Shown: piece after piece, positions 28,641 through 38,352 of the stretch | How the letters are laid out: every line of letters begins with the position of its first letter | Numbering within the stretch: position 1 is the stretch's first letter | Virus record (IMG/VR): IMGVR_UViG_3300027969_000042 | Location: 64,001-128,000 of that record | Source of the DNA: a virus | Direction: 5' to 3' (one strand) | Length of the DNA stretch: 64,000 nucleotides | The notes under the pieces: model-generated | Database searches by the model: none | Told to the model about the DNA's origin: nothing | Seen by the model: only the letters and a program-made list of their open reading frames with translations | Position numbers and translations under genes: made by a program

Positions 28641-28985
28641 TTATCCTAGTGGATTATCTCTTCTGTGAGCAGCAGCTCCTGCAATTTTTTGGAAATCGGA
28701 TGTTCCAGTAATGTATGTAACATACCATTTACCATCTGATTGACTTTGAATTTCTTTCAAATGTCCTTTAAATCCATTTTCTTTAGCTTTAGCTTTTAGT
28801 TTTTCTTTATCAAAAACCATTCTATCATCAGTTTGTGCTTCTTTTTCAAAAGCTTCCAATTCTGTTAAGAATGTTTTCATAGTACCAACTTCTTCTGCTT
28901 TATCGGCATGGCCAGTAAAAAATTTTCTTACAGAACCTTCTTCTTCATTTATTGAGTGTGATTCAAATGTTTTTAAGTATCTCAT
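28641..28985 (-). CDS. Small protein (tagged)
   Basis: MRYLKTFESHSINEEE; exact TATAAATA at 28991-28998 on the minus strand. Confidence 0.6.
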   Translation of the reverse strand: MRYLKTFESHSINEEEGSVRKFFTGHADKAEEVGTMKTFLTELEAFEKEAQTDDRMVFDKEKLKAKAKENGFKGHLKEIQSQSDGKWYVTYITGTSDFQKIAGAAAHRRDNPLG

Positions 28986-29036
28986 AGTATTATTTATATT
29001 TTTTTTTATTTTTTTATTGAAAGGTTTTAATTCTAC

Positions 29037-29378
29037 CTAAAACGGTGCAACATTTTCTTTGTCGTCTAAAGGATAAGCTTCTTTTTTCTCGAAATCTACA
29101 TGTATTGAATCTCCTACATTAAAAGTAAGATTGTCTGTAGAAAATTCTACTTCTTTACCTTGAGAATCTTTACCGTGTACATTAAAGTAGTTATGTTTAC
29201 CACCACCCATCTCAATTCTTTTAACCATTAAGTCTCCATTGTATTGATCAGATGCCTCACCTTCTACATGTCCATTATGACAAGCAGTCGCTAAAGCCAT
29301 AATAGCACCTAGTGCCACATTTTTAAGATTTAATTCTTCATTTGTTGAATGTGATTCAAATGTTTTTAAATGTTTCAT
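29037..29378 (-). CDS. Small protein with a tag followed by a lipoprotein-like signal
   Basis: MKHLKTFESHSTNEE-LNLKNVALGAIMALATAC; exact TATAAATA at 29382-29389 on the minus strand. Confidence 0.6.
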   Translation of the reverse strand: MKHLKTFESHSTNEELNLKNVALGAIMALATACHNGHVEGEASDQYNGDLMVKRIEMGGGKHNYFNVHGKDSQGKEVEFSTDNLTFNVGDSIHVDFEKKEAYPLDDKENVAPF

Positions 29379-29451
29379 ATTTATTTATATCTTTTTGACT
29401 TATTATATATTATATTTAAAAAACCATTTTTTTATTTTTTATATAATAACT

Positions 29452-30129
29452 ATGAAAATAATTGACAATGGTAGAGGTATCGGATTTATTGAAGAGGACG
29501 AACCTCAAATAGAACAAAATAGAGAAACATACTTTATTTATGAGAAAGAAGATGTTCCACAGGAACTAATTGATAGATGCGAAGATGCTTCAAAGCTAAC
29601 TGGTGAGACTTATTTTATTTTTGATGGTAAAATAACAACAAAAGTTGTATCTAATTCTTCTTCAAGAGAAGAGAAGCTAGCTTATTTAACTGGTGAACTA
29701 GATCAAGAATTAGAAAAATATAAAGAAACTTATCATATTGGTGATGAAAACTTCTTTAATGATCTACCTTCAAGATTCTCATATTATGATACAGAAACAA
29801 AACTAACTTGTAGATATAAGAAAATTGACTTAGTAATTGAGTATTTAGATAAATTAGGATTTACTAAATCACAATTTAATTATGGTGCAGAATACGAACA
29901 ATCATTCTATATTGAAATACATGATGAAAATAATAAATTCATTGAAAAGTTTATTGTTAGATTACAACCTAACTTATTTTTAAAAGTTATGCACTGTGAT
30001 ACAGACAATACTTCTATTTATAGTGGATTCTTTAATAAACAAAAGATATTGAACGCCATATCTAAAGTTTCTATTGTTGGATATGAATGTATTATGAGAA
30101 ATGCAAAATTAGAAAAGTTATTACAATAA
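29452..30129 (+). CDS. Hypothetical protein
   Basis: Start moved from 29395 to ATG 29452; ends MRNAKLEKLLQ. Confidence 0.6.
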   Translation: MKIIDNGRGIGFIEEDEPQIEQNRETYFIYEKEDVPQELIDRCEDASKLTGETYFIFDGKITTKVVSNSSSREEKLAYLTGELDQELEKYKETYHIGDENFFNDLPSRFSYYDTETKLTCRYKKIDLVIEYLDKLGFTKSQFNYGAEYEQSFYIEIHDENNKFIEKFIVRLQPNLFLKVMHCDTDNTSIYSGFFNKQKILNAISKVSIVGYECIMRNAKLEKLLQ

Positions 30130-30157
30130 AAAAGTCGAGATTTACTCGACTTTTTTT
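30128..30157. terminator. Bidirectional intrinsic terminator
   Basis: AAAAAAGTCGAG-ATTTA-CTCGACTTTTTTT. Confidence 0.85.
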
Positions 30158-30158
30158 A

Positions 30159-30971
30159 TTATTTTAATAAGTTATAATACTCATTGAAATGTTTAATTCT
30201 ATCATCTAATCCGATAGTACCACCATTTACTCTTTTTGTTACAGCAGTAACTGTTGCCTTATCAGCACCTTTATCACAGATAGCCCAAAGACCATTAGAG
30301 TTAAAGAAGAAAGCAGCAGAAGCTAAAGGATATTTAGTTGCAACTAAATCTGGATTTGAAGCAATATCTTCTCCAATAAATTTACCGAATCTTGTGTAGT
30401 TTTCTTTACCAGTCAATTGAATAAAACCTCTTCCTCTGAATTTGAATCCTTCTTTTGAAGCTTCATCACCGTTACCCATTCTTGACGCATAAACTCTTGA
30501 GGCAATCTTTTCTGGATTTCTAGCATATAAGTCTGACATATTACCAGGAAAATATTTTCCAAATATTTTTTTCAAACCATCTGCTGAATAATTTACATTT
30601 TCAGTAACTGCTTTGAACCCACCACTCTCGTGACCACACTGTGATAAAAAGTGAGCCAATCTTAAATTTGTTGTAATACCAAATTTTGCAGCAGTATCAG
30701 GAATCTGTGCAATTACTGAATCAGGAATATGTCCTTTTAATTTTTCTAATTTAAGTGTTCCTGACACAACCGGAGCAACTGCTGGAGAAGAGCCAAACAT
30801 TTTTGTCCAAGTTCCATCACCAACGATACCATCTGCAGTTAAACCATTAGCAGTTTGCCATTGTTTTACTAACTTTTCAGTGCCCGGACCAAAATCTCCA
30901 TCTACACTAGTACCTAATTTTTCTTGGAGTTTCTTAACATCATCTCCTTCTGAACCTACTTTTAATAACAT
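30159..30971 (-). CDS. Endolysin: PG-binding domain + GH19 lysozyme
   Basis: LQEKLG..VDGDFGPGTE..VKQWQ..NGL.ADGIVG PG-binding repeat; AHFLSQCGHESG, FRGRGFIQLTGKENY and TKRVNGGTIGLDDR. ATG 30971 preferred over TTG 30980. Confidence 0.92.
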   Translation of the reverse strand: MLLKVGSEGDDVKKLQEKLGTSVDGDFGPGTEKLVKQWQTANGLTADGIVGDGTWTKMFGSSPAVAPVVSGTLKLEKLKGHIPDSVIAQIPDTAAKFGITTNLRLAHFLSQCGHESGGFKAVTENVNYSADGLKKIFGKYFPGNMSDLYARNPEKIASRVYASRMGNGDEASKEGFKFRGRGFIQLTGKENYTRFGKFIGEDIASNPDLVATKYPLASAAFFFNSNGLWAICDKGADKATVTAVTKRVNGGTIGLDDRIKHFNEYYNLLK

Positions 30972-31024
30972 AACTTTCAATATTTTCTTTTATATATTTA
31001 AAAAAAATATTGAAATTTATCCTA

Positions 31025-31372
31025 CTAGTTAAGTAATTGTTTAATTATCGAGTCTCTATTGTACTTTATGAACCAGTTTTTATCATTAAATTCTATCTCA
31101 TAAATAATCTTAGTATTGGGATAGTCAATGTTTTCAAGTGTTATATCTGAGTTTTCTAATTTCATATGAATATATTTTTTCTTTATTCCATAGATATTAC
31201 TTAACTTAATGATAAATCGATCAGAGTATGTCATTCTTAAAGAATTATCATCTTCTATTTTATAGATTGTACTAATATCATAAAACCCGATGTGTTTATC
31301 ACCACACTTTATTTCAACTGTGTTATGTACACATAACTTTTGATAGGATAATCTATTAATTTTTAATTGCAT
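31025..31372 (-). CDS. Hypothetical protein
   Basis: 115-aa ORF ending NRDSIIKQLLN. Confidence 0.5.
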   Translation of the reverse strand: MQLKINRLSYQKLCVHNTVEIKCGDKHIGFYDISTIYKIEDDNSLRMTYSDRFIIKLSNIYGIKKKYIHMKLENSDITLENIDYPNTKIIYEIEFNDKNWFIKYNRDSIIKQLLN

Positions 31373-31408
31373 GAAACAAATATAGTTTTTTTATTTAATA
31401 TATATATT

Positions 31409-31912
31409 ATGAAATACTTAAAATTATATCAAAAGTTTTTTGAAGATGGTGAAGGTGGCGGAACCGCTACCGTAAATGTTTCAAATACTGCAGGAATGGG
31501 TGCGGTTGTTGCTGCACAAGTTGGTCCTTTACCAGGTGTACCTGGAACAAGTGGATCAGGTGACATTGGATTTGGATTAGGTGGTGCACAAACTAAAACA
31601 CCAATAGACAGTTTCAATGGTAAGAAGAAAAAGAAAGATAAAAAAGGTGATCCTAGTCAAGTATCTGATTTAAGAGATTTAGAGGAAGTAAGTACTAGCG
31701 AGTCATTGGGATGGGAAGAACCAAGTGATGATAATACATTTGATTCTGCAACAAAATGTGTAGAATTATATTACTGGCTTTGTAATGATAAAGTTGATAA
31801 AGAACTACTTGATAAAGGTATTGAAGAAATAACCGGTGGTGAAGGTTGGTATTCACTAGATGATGAAACACTTAATCAACTAATTGACTTTTTAGAAAAC
31901 TATAATAAATAA
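31409..31912 (+). CDS. Gly-rich protein (tagged)
   Basis: Start moved to ATG 31409 after TTTAATATATA (31394-31404); MKYLKLYQKFFED. Confidence 0.6.
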   Translation: MKYLKLYQKFFEDGEGGGTATVNVSNTAGMGAVVAAQVGPLPGVPGTSGSGDIGFGLGGAQTKTPIDSFNGKKKKKDKKGDPSQVSDLRDLEEVSTSESLGWEEPSDDNTFDSATKCVELYYWLCNDKVDKELLDKGIEEITGGEGWYSLDDETLNQLIDFLENYNK

Positions 31913-31943
31913 AAAAAATCCCATCATTTGATGGGATTTTTTT
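31909..31943. terminator. Bidirectional intrinsic terminator
   Basis: AAAAAAATCCCATC-ATTT-GATGGGATTTTTT. Confidence 0.85.
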
Positions 31944-32550
31944 ATACTAATTTATCTAATAATTCACCTCTTTTTTGAGATTTTGTTTTAAACTTAGGAC
32001 AATTTAAAATATCACTAAAACTATGAATATTTAATTCATGTGCGATATTATTATAATAATCATTTAACTGTCTATCAGATTTTCTAACCAATCTACCAAG
32101 TGCCATATAGTAAAATTTATCATCTTCTATCTCACAAATAATTAAAAAGGATAATGATTTCTCCAAACATTCATCGAATTCCCAGGATAACTCTTCATCA
32201 CTTAGTCCAACAAAGAATCCAATTACTAAAATAATAGCAGATATCCAACCAAGTGCTTGAAATAAGTAAAAACCATCTTGTGTTTCAGTATAACTATATG
32301 TATTATTCTTTAAAGGTGTTTTAGTCGTCATAGATGAATAATCACCATCATTAGTTTTTGCAAAAAAGTAGGTATAATCAGTACCATTTTTTACTACAAA
32401 GTCGGCAGTTTTTGTTGAATGTATATCTTCTGTATATCCTTGTGAAAAATGAAATCCGATAATAGTAAGTGCTACAAAAATTGTTTTTACAATACTTTTT
32501 TTAGCGGTATTATAAATAAGAATAAAAGGAAATAATAATAATCTTTTCAT
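31942..32550 (-). CDS. Membrane protein
   Basis: Hydrophobic N-terminus plus FYLFQALGWISAIILVIGFFVGL; ends KRGELLDKLV. Confidence 0.6.
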   Translation of the reverse strand: MKRLLLFPFILIYNTAKKSIVKTIFVALTIIGFHFSQGYTEDIHSTKTADFVVKNGTDYTYFFAKTNDGDYSSMTTKTPLKNNTYSYTETQDGFYLFQALGWISAIILVIGFFVGLSDEELSWEFDECLEKSLSFLIICEIEDDKFYYMALGRLVRKSDRQLNDYYNNIAHELNIHSFSDILNCPKFKTKSQKRGELLDKLV

Positions 32551-32573
32551 GTAAAAGTTTTAATATATAGTTT

Positions 32574-33560
32574 ATGAATAATTTACACAAATATAATGAT
32601 TTTTTATTTGAATCTATAATAAATGATATTTTTTTATTATTAGAATCTGACGAACCTAGTCCTACATTTACTTGGGATATGAAAAAACCTACTGAAGAAA
32701 AACCAGTAGAAGAAAAACCTGTTACTTTTGAATGGGATTTAACTAAACCAAGTAATACAACATCAACTGTTTTAGATAAACTAAAATCTTTTTTATCTAA
32801 GTTACCAAAAGAACAGATCGCAAAGTACTTCTATAAACTATTAGAAAAGATAAAACTTCTACCTGAAAAAACTAGAAGAAAACTTTTAATAAACTATGCT
32901 AGTATATTTTTATTATTTTGTTCAGTTGGTTATTTAGTTGACTATTCTAAAGATCAAAAAGATGATAAGATAGTTAAAGAATTTGTAAAGGTTACTAAAA
33001 AGGCTTCTTTTGAGGTTTCTCAAAAAGCTGTGGCACTTGCAGAAGGAGATTACTCATCTGATAAAGGTGATACAGGAAACTTTGTAGATTTTGAAATGGG
33101 TGGTAAGAAGTTAAAAAGATTTATTGGTAGTAAATACGGTATCTCTGCACCAGTTTTAATGAAATATTTAGGCAAACTACCTAAAAAAGATGATATGATC
33201 AACTTATCATATGAAACTGCATTAGATATTTATAAAAATCAATACTGGGATGATCAAAAAATTGAAAGATTTTGTAATCAATCAGTGGCAGACGTTGTTT
33301 ATGATGGATGTGTAAATCAAGGAATCTCTGGAATGAAATCAGTATTGAGAAATGTTTTAAGAGATAATGGTATTGAAATATCAGATGATGTAAATCCATT
33401 TGAAGGTGATTACATTAAACAACTTAATTCATTAGAACAAAATAAACTATTTGACTCTATTAAAAAGTATCGTGAAGATAGATATAAAGAAGCCAGAACT
33501 TTCAAAAGACATGGTGCTGGCTGGTTAGATAGATTAGAAAAGATAACGTTTATAGACTAA
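32574..33560 (+). CDS. GH108-family lysozyme with a hydrophobic segment (tagged)
   Basis: AEGDYSSDKGDTG catalytic motif, KYGIS, YDGCVNQG and FKRHGAGWLDRL; LLINYASIFLLFCSVGYLV precedes the domain. Confidence 0.8.
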   Translation: MNNLHKYNDFLFESIINDIFLLLESDEPSPTFTWDMKKPTEEKPVEEKPVTFEWDLTKPSNTTSTVLDKLKSFLSKLPKEQIAKYFYKLLEKIKLLPEKTRRKLLINYASIFLLFCSVGYLVDYSKDQKDDKIVKEFVKVTKKASFEVSQKAVALAEGDYSSDKGDTGNFVDFEMGGKKLKRFIGSKYGISAPVLMKYLGKLPKKDDMINLSYETALDIYKNQYWDDQKIERFCNQSVADVVYDGCVNQGISGMKSVLRNVLRDNGIEISDDVNPFEGDYIKQLNSLEQNKLFDSIKKYREDRYKEARTFKRHGAGWLDRLEKITFID

Positions 33561-33928
33561 ATATCTTTCTCTTTTCCTTTAACTTTAGTATCACTTAACC
33601 AATGTCTATTATCTTTTGGAAGAAAGTCAAATCCATATTTTTTACCTAAAGCAATCAATAATGGTGTTATAGGAACGGGAATAGGAATACCAGAGATTAA
33701 AACTAATGGCACAAGCTTCACCAAATCCATTGAGTGCTCTTTTAAGAACTTAATTTCACCATCTGTTACTTCTTTATCCTGAATCATTTTTCTAATGATT
33801 AGAATCGATATTTTAGTTTCAGTGGCTTCACGTTTAGTACCTTCCCAAAACTCGTGTGCGAAGTCAGTACCTTTTTTAAGAGTGTCTTTTAAAAACTTCA
33901 GAGTTACTGAATCTTCTTTATGTTCCAT
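33557..33928 (-). CDS. Hypothetical protein with a hydrophobic segment
   Basis: LVKLVPLVLISGIPIPVPITPLLIALG; TTTAATATATA upstream. Confidence 0.55.
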   Translation of the reverse strand: MEHKEDSVTLKFLKDTLKKGTDFAHEFWEGTKREATETKISILIIRKMIQDKEVTDGEIKFLKEHSMDLVKLVPLVLISGIPIPVPITPLLIALGKKYGFDFLPKDNRHWLSDTKVKGKEKDI

Positions 33929-34004
33929 TATTTTTGTTTTATTTTTACAACCTTATATATATTAAATATTATAAGTTTATTGTTGTTTTTACAAAAAAAA
34001 ATCA

Positions 34005-34012
34005 TATATTTG
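34005..34012 (+). promoter_or_regulatory. Bacteroidota sigma-A type -7 element
   Basis: TATATTTG 4 nt before ATG 34017, with TTG about 20 nt upstream; implies a very short leader. Confidence 0.55.
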
Positions 34013-34016
34013 TACT

Positions 34017-34769
34017 ATGAGAATACTATACTTAGGAGATATACACGGAAACTTTAACTTAATAAATCAATATCTTAAGCGATTTGATATTAAGGATGCT
34101 TACATAATTCAAGTAGGTGACTTTGGTGTAGGATTTAATGGATTATTAAAAGAAAAACGTACATTAGAATTTGCACATACTGAACTTGTAAAACGAAATG
34201 TTATATTATATGCTATTCGTGGTAATCACGATTACAAACCTTACTTTGATAATGACCCATTCGGATTTACTAATATTAAACTTTTAAAAGATTATACTGT
34301 TCTTAATTTAGAAGGTAAAAATATCTTATGTATTGGTGGTGCTGTTAGCATCGATCGTAAAATGCGTAAAACTAAAAATCAAGCGATTGGTCGATATGAC
34401 ATCAAAGGTATGAACGAAAGTTGGTGGCCAGATGAAATCTTCAATTGGGAAGATGATAAGTTGGTTGATTTGCGAGATATTAATATTGTAGTTACTCACA
34501 ATGCACCAGATTACTGTGTACCAGATAACAGCAATGGATTTGGTGATTTTGTAAATCAATTTATCTCAGGAGATCCTGCACTTAAAATGGACCTTTTAGA
34601 TGAAAGAAGATTGATTACTATGGCATTTCAAACTATTAAAATGAATAATGATGTTACACATCATTATTATGGACATTTTCATAGAAGTGATACAACAAAT
34701 ATTGATGGTATCATACATAGAGTATTAGGTGTTGGTGAATTGTGGGAAGAAAGAGAATATGAGGAGTAG
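34017..34769 (+). CDS. Calcineurin-like metallophosphoesterase
   Basis: GDIHG, GDFG, GNHD, THNAP and YGHFH motifs. Confidence 0.9.
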   Translation: MRILYLGDIHGNFNLINQYLKRFDIKDAYIIQVGDFGVGFNGLLKEKRTLEFAHTELVKRNVILYAIRGNHDYKPYFDNDPFGFTNIKLLKDYTVLNLEGKNILCIGGAVSIDRKMRKTKNQAIGRYDIKGMNESWWPDEIFNWEDDKLVDLRDINIVVTHNAPDYCVPDNSNGFGDFVNQFISGDPALKMDLLDERRLITMAFQTIKMNNDVTHHYYGHFHRSDTTNIDGIIHRVLGVGELWEEREYEE

Positions 34770-34953
34770 TACTATAATATGTATTCGTTGGAAGCTAACT
34801 GGAAGACTTGAACACTTTGTCAATTTAGGCAAAGTGTTCACTTATTATGATAGTGATGAATTAGGAGTTTCTCGTTCTATTTTAAATAGAAGAAATCTAT
34901 TTGATGGTTATCAAAATGATATGATTGAAATAATAAAAACATATGTAAAGTAA
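34759..34953 (+). CDS. Small hypothetical protein
   Basis: ATG 34759 overlaps the stop of the previous gene; terminator follows. Confidence 0.45.
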   Translation: MRSSTIICIRWKLTGRLEHFVNLGKVFTYYDSDELGVSRSILNRRNLFDGYQNDMIEIIKTYVK

Positions 34954-34979
34954 AAACCCACTATTTAAGTGGGTTTTTT
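34952..34979. terminator. Bidirectional intrinsic terminator
   Basis: AAAAACCCACT-ATTTA-AGTGGGTTTTTT. Confidence 0.85.
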
Positions 34980-34983
34980 ATTC

Positions 34984-35736
34984 TTACCAAGTTTGGTTAT
35001 CATCGACCGAACTCATTATTGTATTTGGTGTTATATCTTTAATAAAATTATGTAAATCCTCCATAGCAACTCCAAATTTTGATGATGCACCAGATTTTAT
35101 TAAAACTTCTTCTTCTAAAATTTTATATGTAGGTCTTCCATTTTGTTCATATCCACTATCCTCTGTAAAACAACCTAGTAAGTGTCTTCTAATAGAACCA
35201 CATAATGGTCTAGTAAATGATATTTTACCTGTTATATTAAAGTCATAACTAGAAACTGAAGTTTTAGATAGTTGTAATCCTTCTCCTTTATCTTCAAATT
35301 CGACTTCTACCCAAAATCCCCAAAAGAATCCATTGTCAAAATCACCTTCTGGTATAACATTTTGGAATTTCTCTTTTGTTTCCATATCAACTGGTATTAA
35401 ACCAACTGAAAATACAACATTAAGTTTGTCTTCTTCTAAATAATCTTGTACCATCTCTTCATAAGCATAATCATCAAATAAAAAGTTTAAATAGAAGTCA
35501 CCAGTAACAGTATCTCCTTTTTTATTATACTGAGTAGTTACAGTAGTTTTACCAAACTTTGAATATTCTTTAATATTTTCTTTCCATGCTTTATCTTCTG
35601 CATAATCTCTAAGATTATTTGATCTTGTTTTAAATTCATCGTTACCTGTTTTACGAGCTATATTACTTAATTTCCATGCGGCACTTCTATAAGTACTTGG
35701 ACTTAACTCTTCATTGAATCTCTTTAAGTGTTTCAT
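34984..35736 (-). CDS. Hypothetical protein (tagged)
   Basis: MKHLKRFNEE start. Confidence 0.6.
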   Translation of the reverse strand: MKHLKRFNEELSPSTYRSAAWKLSNIARKTGNDEFKTRSNNLRDYAEDKAWKENIKEYSKFGKTTVTTQYNKKGDTVTGDFYLNFLFDDYAYEEMVQDYLEEDKLNVVFSVGLIPVDMETKEKFQNVIPEGDFDNGFFWGFWVEVEFEDKGEGLQLSKTSVSSYDFNITGKISFTRPLCGSIRRHLLGCFTEDSGYEQNGRPTYKILEEEVLIKSGASSKFGVAMEDLHNFIKDITPNTIMSSVDDNQTW

Positions 35737-36215
35737 TATTTATCTTTTTCGTTTTTTATTATATCGGTATATATTAAGTCTTCTAAATCTTTTTTAACAA
35801 CAACTGTTTTTATATCATTATTAAATGGTGGATTTTTAAGAGGTTTAATCTCATAATCACTATCAATGTTTATATTTTGCATAAATTTCCAATTTACATT
35901 GAATCTCGACTCAGTCGTGTGAAATAAAACCAATAAGTCTGGTTTATATTCATTTAAAAAGTCTTCCGTTATTTGAGTTATGTAGGCATATGTGTCAAGT
36001 GCGTTTTTACTACTCACATTTACTGTACCGAATCCTTCTTCCATTGTGTGGAAGTCTCTTCTCCACATATTATTCTCAATTTTACTAAACTCACATAAGT
36101 AAGTGAAATCACCAAAATCAAACGTATAAACTACAAGCGAATCTCCCTCATCTTTAGTATAGTATATCTTCTTTGGTTCAAAGGTTAGTTCTTCAAATAG
36201 TTTTAAATATCTCAT
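35736..36215 (-). CDS. Hypothetical protein (tagged)
   Basis: MRYLKLFEE start; translationally coupled to both neighbours. Confidence 0.6.
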   Translation of the reverse strand: MRYLKLFEELTFEPKKIYYTKDEGDSLVVYTFDFGDFTYLCEFSKIENNMWRRDFHTMEEGFGTVNVSSKNALDTYAYITQITEDFLNEYKPDLLVLFHTTESRFNVNWKFMQNINIDSDYEIKPLKNPPFNNDIKTVVVKKDLEDLIYTDIIKNEKDK

Positions 36216-37585
36216 TTGAATCCTAAGAATCTTTTTATGAAACCTGGTTTCTTTTCCTCTTTTGGATTTTCTGGATTTCTACTACTTAGTTGTCTTAGTA
36301 TTTCTTGACTTTCTGTAGTATCTATCTTAACGTCGACATTCTCAATTTTTTTACTATCTATAAAATAAAATATAGGTAATATATCCATTTTCTCATTATT
36401 ACTCCAATACTCATTACCATATAAATCCATAACAGGAATTACATAATCTTGTGGTTCTGTATCAACTACTATATAGTGATCATCATTCCAATAGAATACC
36501 AACCATTTACCAACTTGTAGAATAAATTGAGGATTATCTTTAGCTTGTTCTACTGTTATCAAGCCTAATTTTATTCTTATTCCAATGTAAGAAGTGTTCC
36601 TTGGAACTTGAACATACTCTGTAATTGCTTTACCTGCGGAATTTTCAGGAGGTATATCAAGTAAGTATAATTTATTCTTATTAGTGGTAAAAACTCGTAG
36701 TATAGGAGTACTCCTATCTCTTAATTTTAATACCATTGGTGCAAATGAATATGATTTTGATAGTAGTAAATAATTTACGTCATCTTTACTTGGTGTCTTG
36801 ACTTTTAATCTATCTGTAAAAACTTTATCACCATTTATTTTAAAAACACCATCTTTAATATTATCACATCCTAAAAATTTTTGATAGTATGATTTTTTAT
36901 TACCATTTGATAAATTCAAAGTAGTAAAGAAAACTCCATAGAAAGTATGATTTTCTGGTTTTGCTTCACATTTATCATCATTGTCATTATGTGCAACGAA
37001 AGAAATTGTATCATCTGGCTCATGTTTTATACTAATACCAAATCTTACCCAACTTTTATTAGTATTTCTATAAGCATCAGTAAAATAATTATTGTTAGGA
37101 GTAACTATATTTTTCAAATATCTATTATCAATAGCAACCCACTGCTCTGGAAATTTGGATTGATAGTTATCCCAATGACTTTTAGTTTTTAAACACCAAG
37201 CAGGTGAACCTATTTCTAAAATACCCTTGTAAGTATAAACTCTAAAAAATGAGTAGGTAGAATCTTTATAAATCAACTCATAATCTTCTTTTGAAGAAGA
37301 AGTCATTTGATCGTAAAAAGTGTCTAAGATCTGTTCATATGACATTTTATTAAGTTTTCCTAAATCAAGTTTAGAATCTCTCAAAACTTCAAAGATTGAC
37401 TTCAATTCTTCCATATCAGTTACATTATCAACAAATCTAAGTCTTGTTAGAATACCAACATAACTAAACGCAGTACCTACCATCTCTCTTATTTTAAGAT
37501 AGTCTTCATTATCTTCTGTAATTCCATTCTTTCTAAGAATAGATTTAGCTAAAGCAATGTTTTCATTTAGTTTAATATATTTCAT
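36212..37585 (-). CDS. Hypothetical protein with a GSPAWC motif (tagged)
   Basis: MKYIKLNE; IGSPAWCLKTKSHWDNYQ; TTTAATATATA at 37590-37600. Confidence 0.55.
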   Translation of the reverse strand: MKYIKLNENIALAKSILRKNGITEDNEDYLKIREMVGTAFSYVGILTRLRFVDNVTDMEELKSIFEVLRDSKLDLGKLNKMSYEQILDTFYDQMTSSSKEDYELIYKDSTYSFFRVYTYKGILEIGSPAWCLKTKSHWDNYQSKFPEQWVAIDNRYLKNIVTPNNNYFTDAYRNTNKSWVRFGISIKHEPDDTISFVAHNDNDDKCEAKPENHTFYGVFFTTLNLSNGNKKSYYQKFLGCDNIKDGVFKINGDKVFTDRLKVKTPSKDDVNYLLLSKSYSFAPMVLKLRDRSTPILRVFTTNKNKLYLLDIPPENSAGKAITEYVQVPRNTSYIGIRIKLGLITVEQAKDNPQFILQVGKWLVFYWNDDHYIVVDTEPQDYVIPVMDLYGNEYWSNNEKMDILPIFYFIDSKKIENVDVKIDTTESQEILRQLSSRNPENPKEEKKPGFIKRFLGFK

Positions 37586-37595
37586 CAGTTATATA

Positions 37596-38300
37596 TTAAA
37601 ATTTCTTGTTGAACTTGTATTGAATACCTAGACTTATAGTATGTAATAGTTTAATCTCTGTAGTAGAGTTATAGTTTACTACGTCTTGTACAACAAAGTT
37701 AAGTTTATTTTTAGGCATAATTACAAGTTTTGTAGTACCAATAATAATATACTCGTCAAAGTATTGAACATTTGGTTGATAAAAGTATTCAGATACTATT
37801 TCAAAATCTTTTCTGGTTAGTTTAACTTTACCTCTTAAAGAATGTCTAAAAAATGTTTTAGTTTCACCAGAGTTAAAGATAATATCTTGAAATACTATAG
37901 CATAGGATGTTGATACAGCAAGAGTAGAATCTATTTTCTTTTTAACTCCATAACCTAAACCAAACCAATGATCTTCATCAATTTTTCTAATTAAAGAAGA
38001 ATTAAATTGATAAGTGAAAAATGAGTAATCATCAATTTTTCTTTCTGGAAACTTGTACATTACATTAAATCTTTGTAATAACTCATCTTGTTTATCTGTT
38101 AAAAATGTATAATTGGTATTTGAGTTAATATCAAAATTTTTAAGTATAAGTGTATTATCAGCAATATAATTAAATGCAACACTTCTAGTAGTGTTATCTG
38201 CCTGAACAGTATTACAAGTTATATTATTATCTAAATTAAGTTCTTTCTGTGCAAAAGAAGTACTTGTAAAAAAAAGTAGTAGTAAATATATTTTTCTCAT
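37596..38300 (-). CDS. Outer-membrane beta-barrel protein (DUF481-like) with a Sec signal peptide
   Basis: MRKIYLLLLFFTSTSFA-Q signal; alternating amphipathic strands; terminal LGIQYKF strand with an aromatic end. Confidence 0.72.
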   Translation of the reverse strand: MRKIYLLLLFFTSTSFAQKELNLDNNITCNTVQADNTTRSVAFNYIADNTLILKNFDINSNTNYTFLTDKQDELLQRFNVMYKFPERKIDDYSFFTYQFNSSLIRKIDEDHWFGLGYGVKKKIDSTLAVSTSYAIVFQDIIFNSGETKTFFRHSLRGKVKLTRKDFEIVSEYFYQPNVQYFDEYIIIGTTKLVIMPKNKLNFVVQDVVNYNSTTEIKLLHTISLGIQYKFNKKF

Positions 38301-38324
38301 TATCTATATATTAAATGAGAAAAT

Positions 38325-38352
38325 AAAAAAACCCACTTAAAGTGGGTTTTTT
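38325..38352. terminator. Intrinsic terminator
   Basis: AAAAAAACCCACT-TAA-AGTGGGTTTTTT; stem shared with 34952-34979. Confidence 0.85.
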
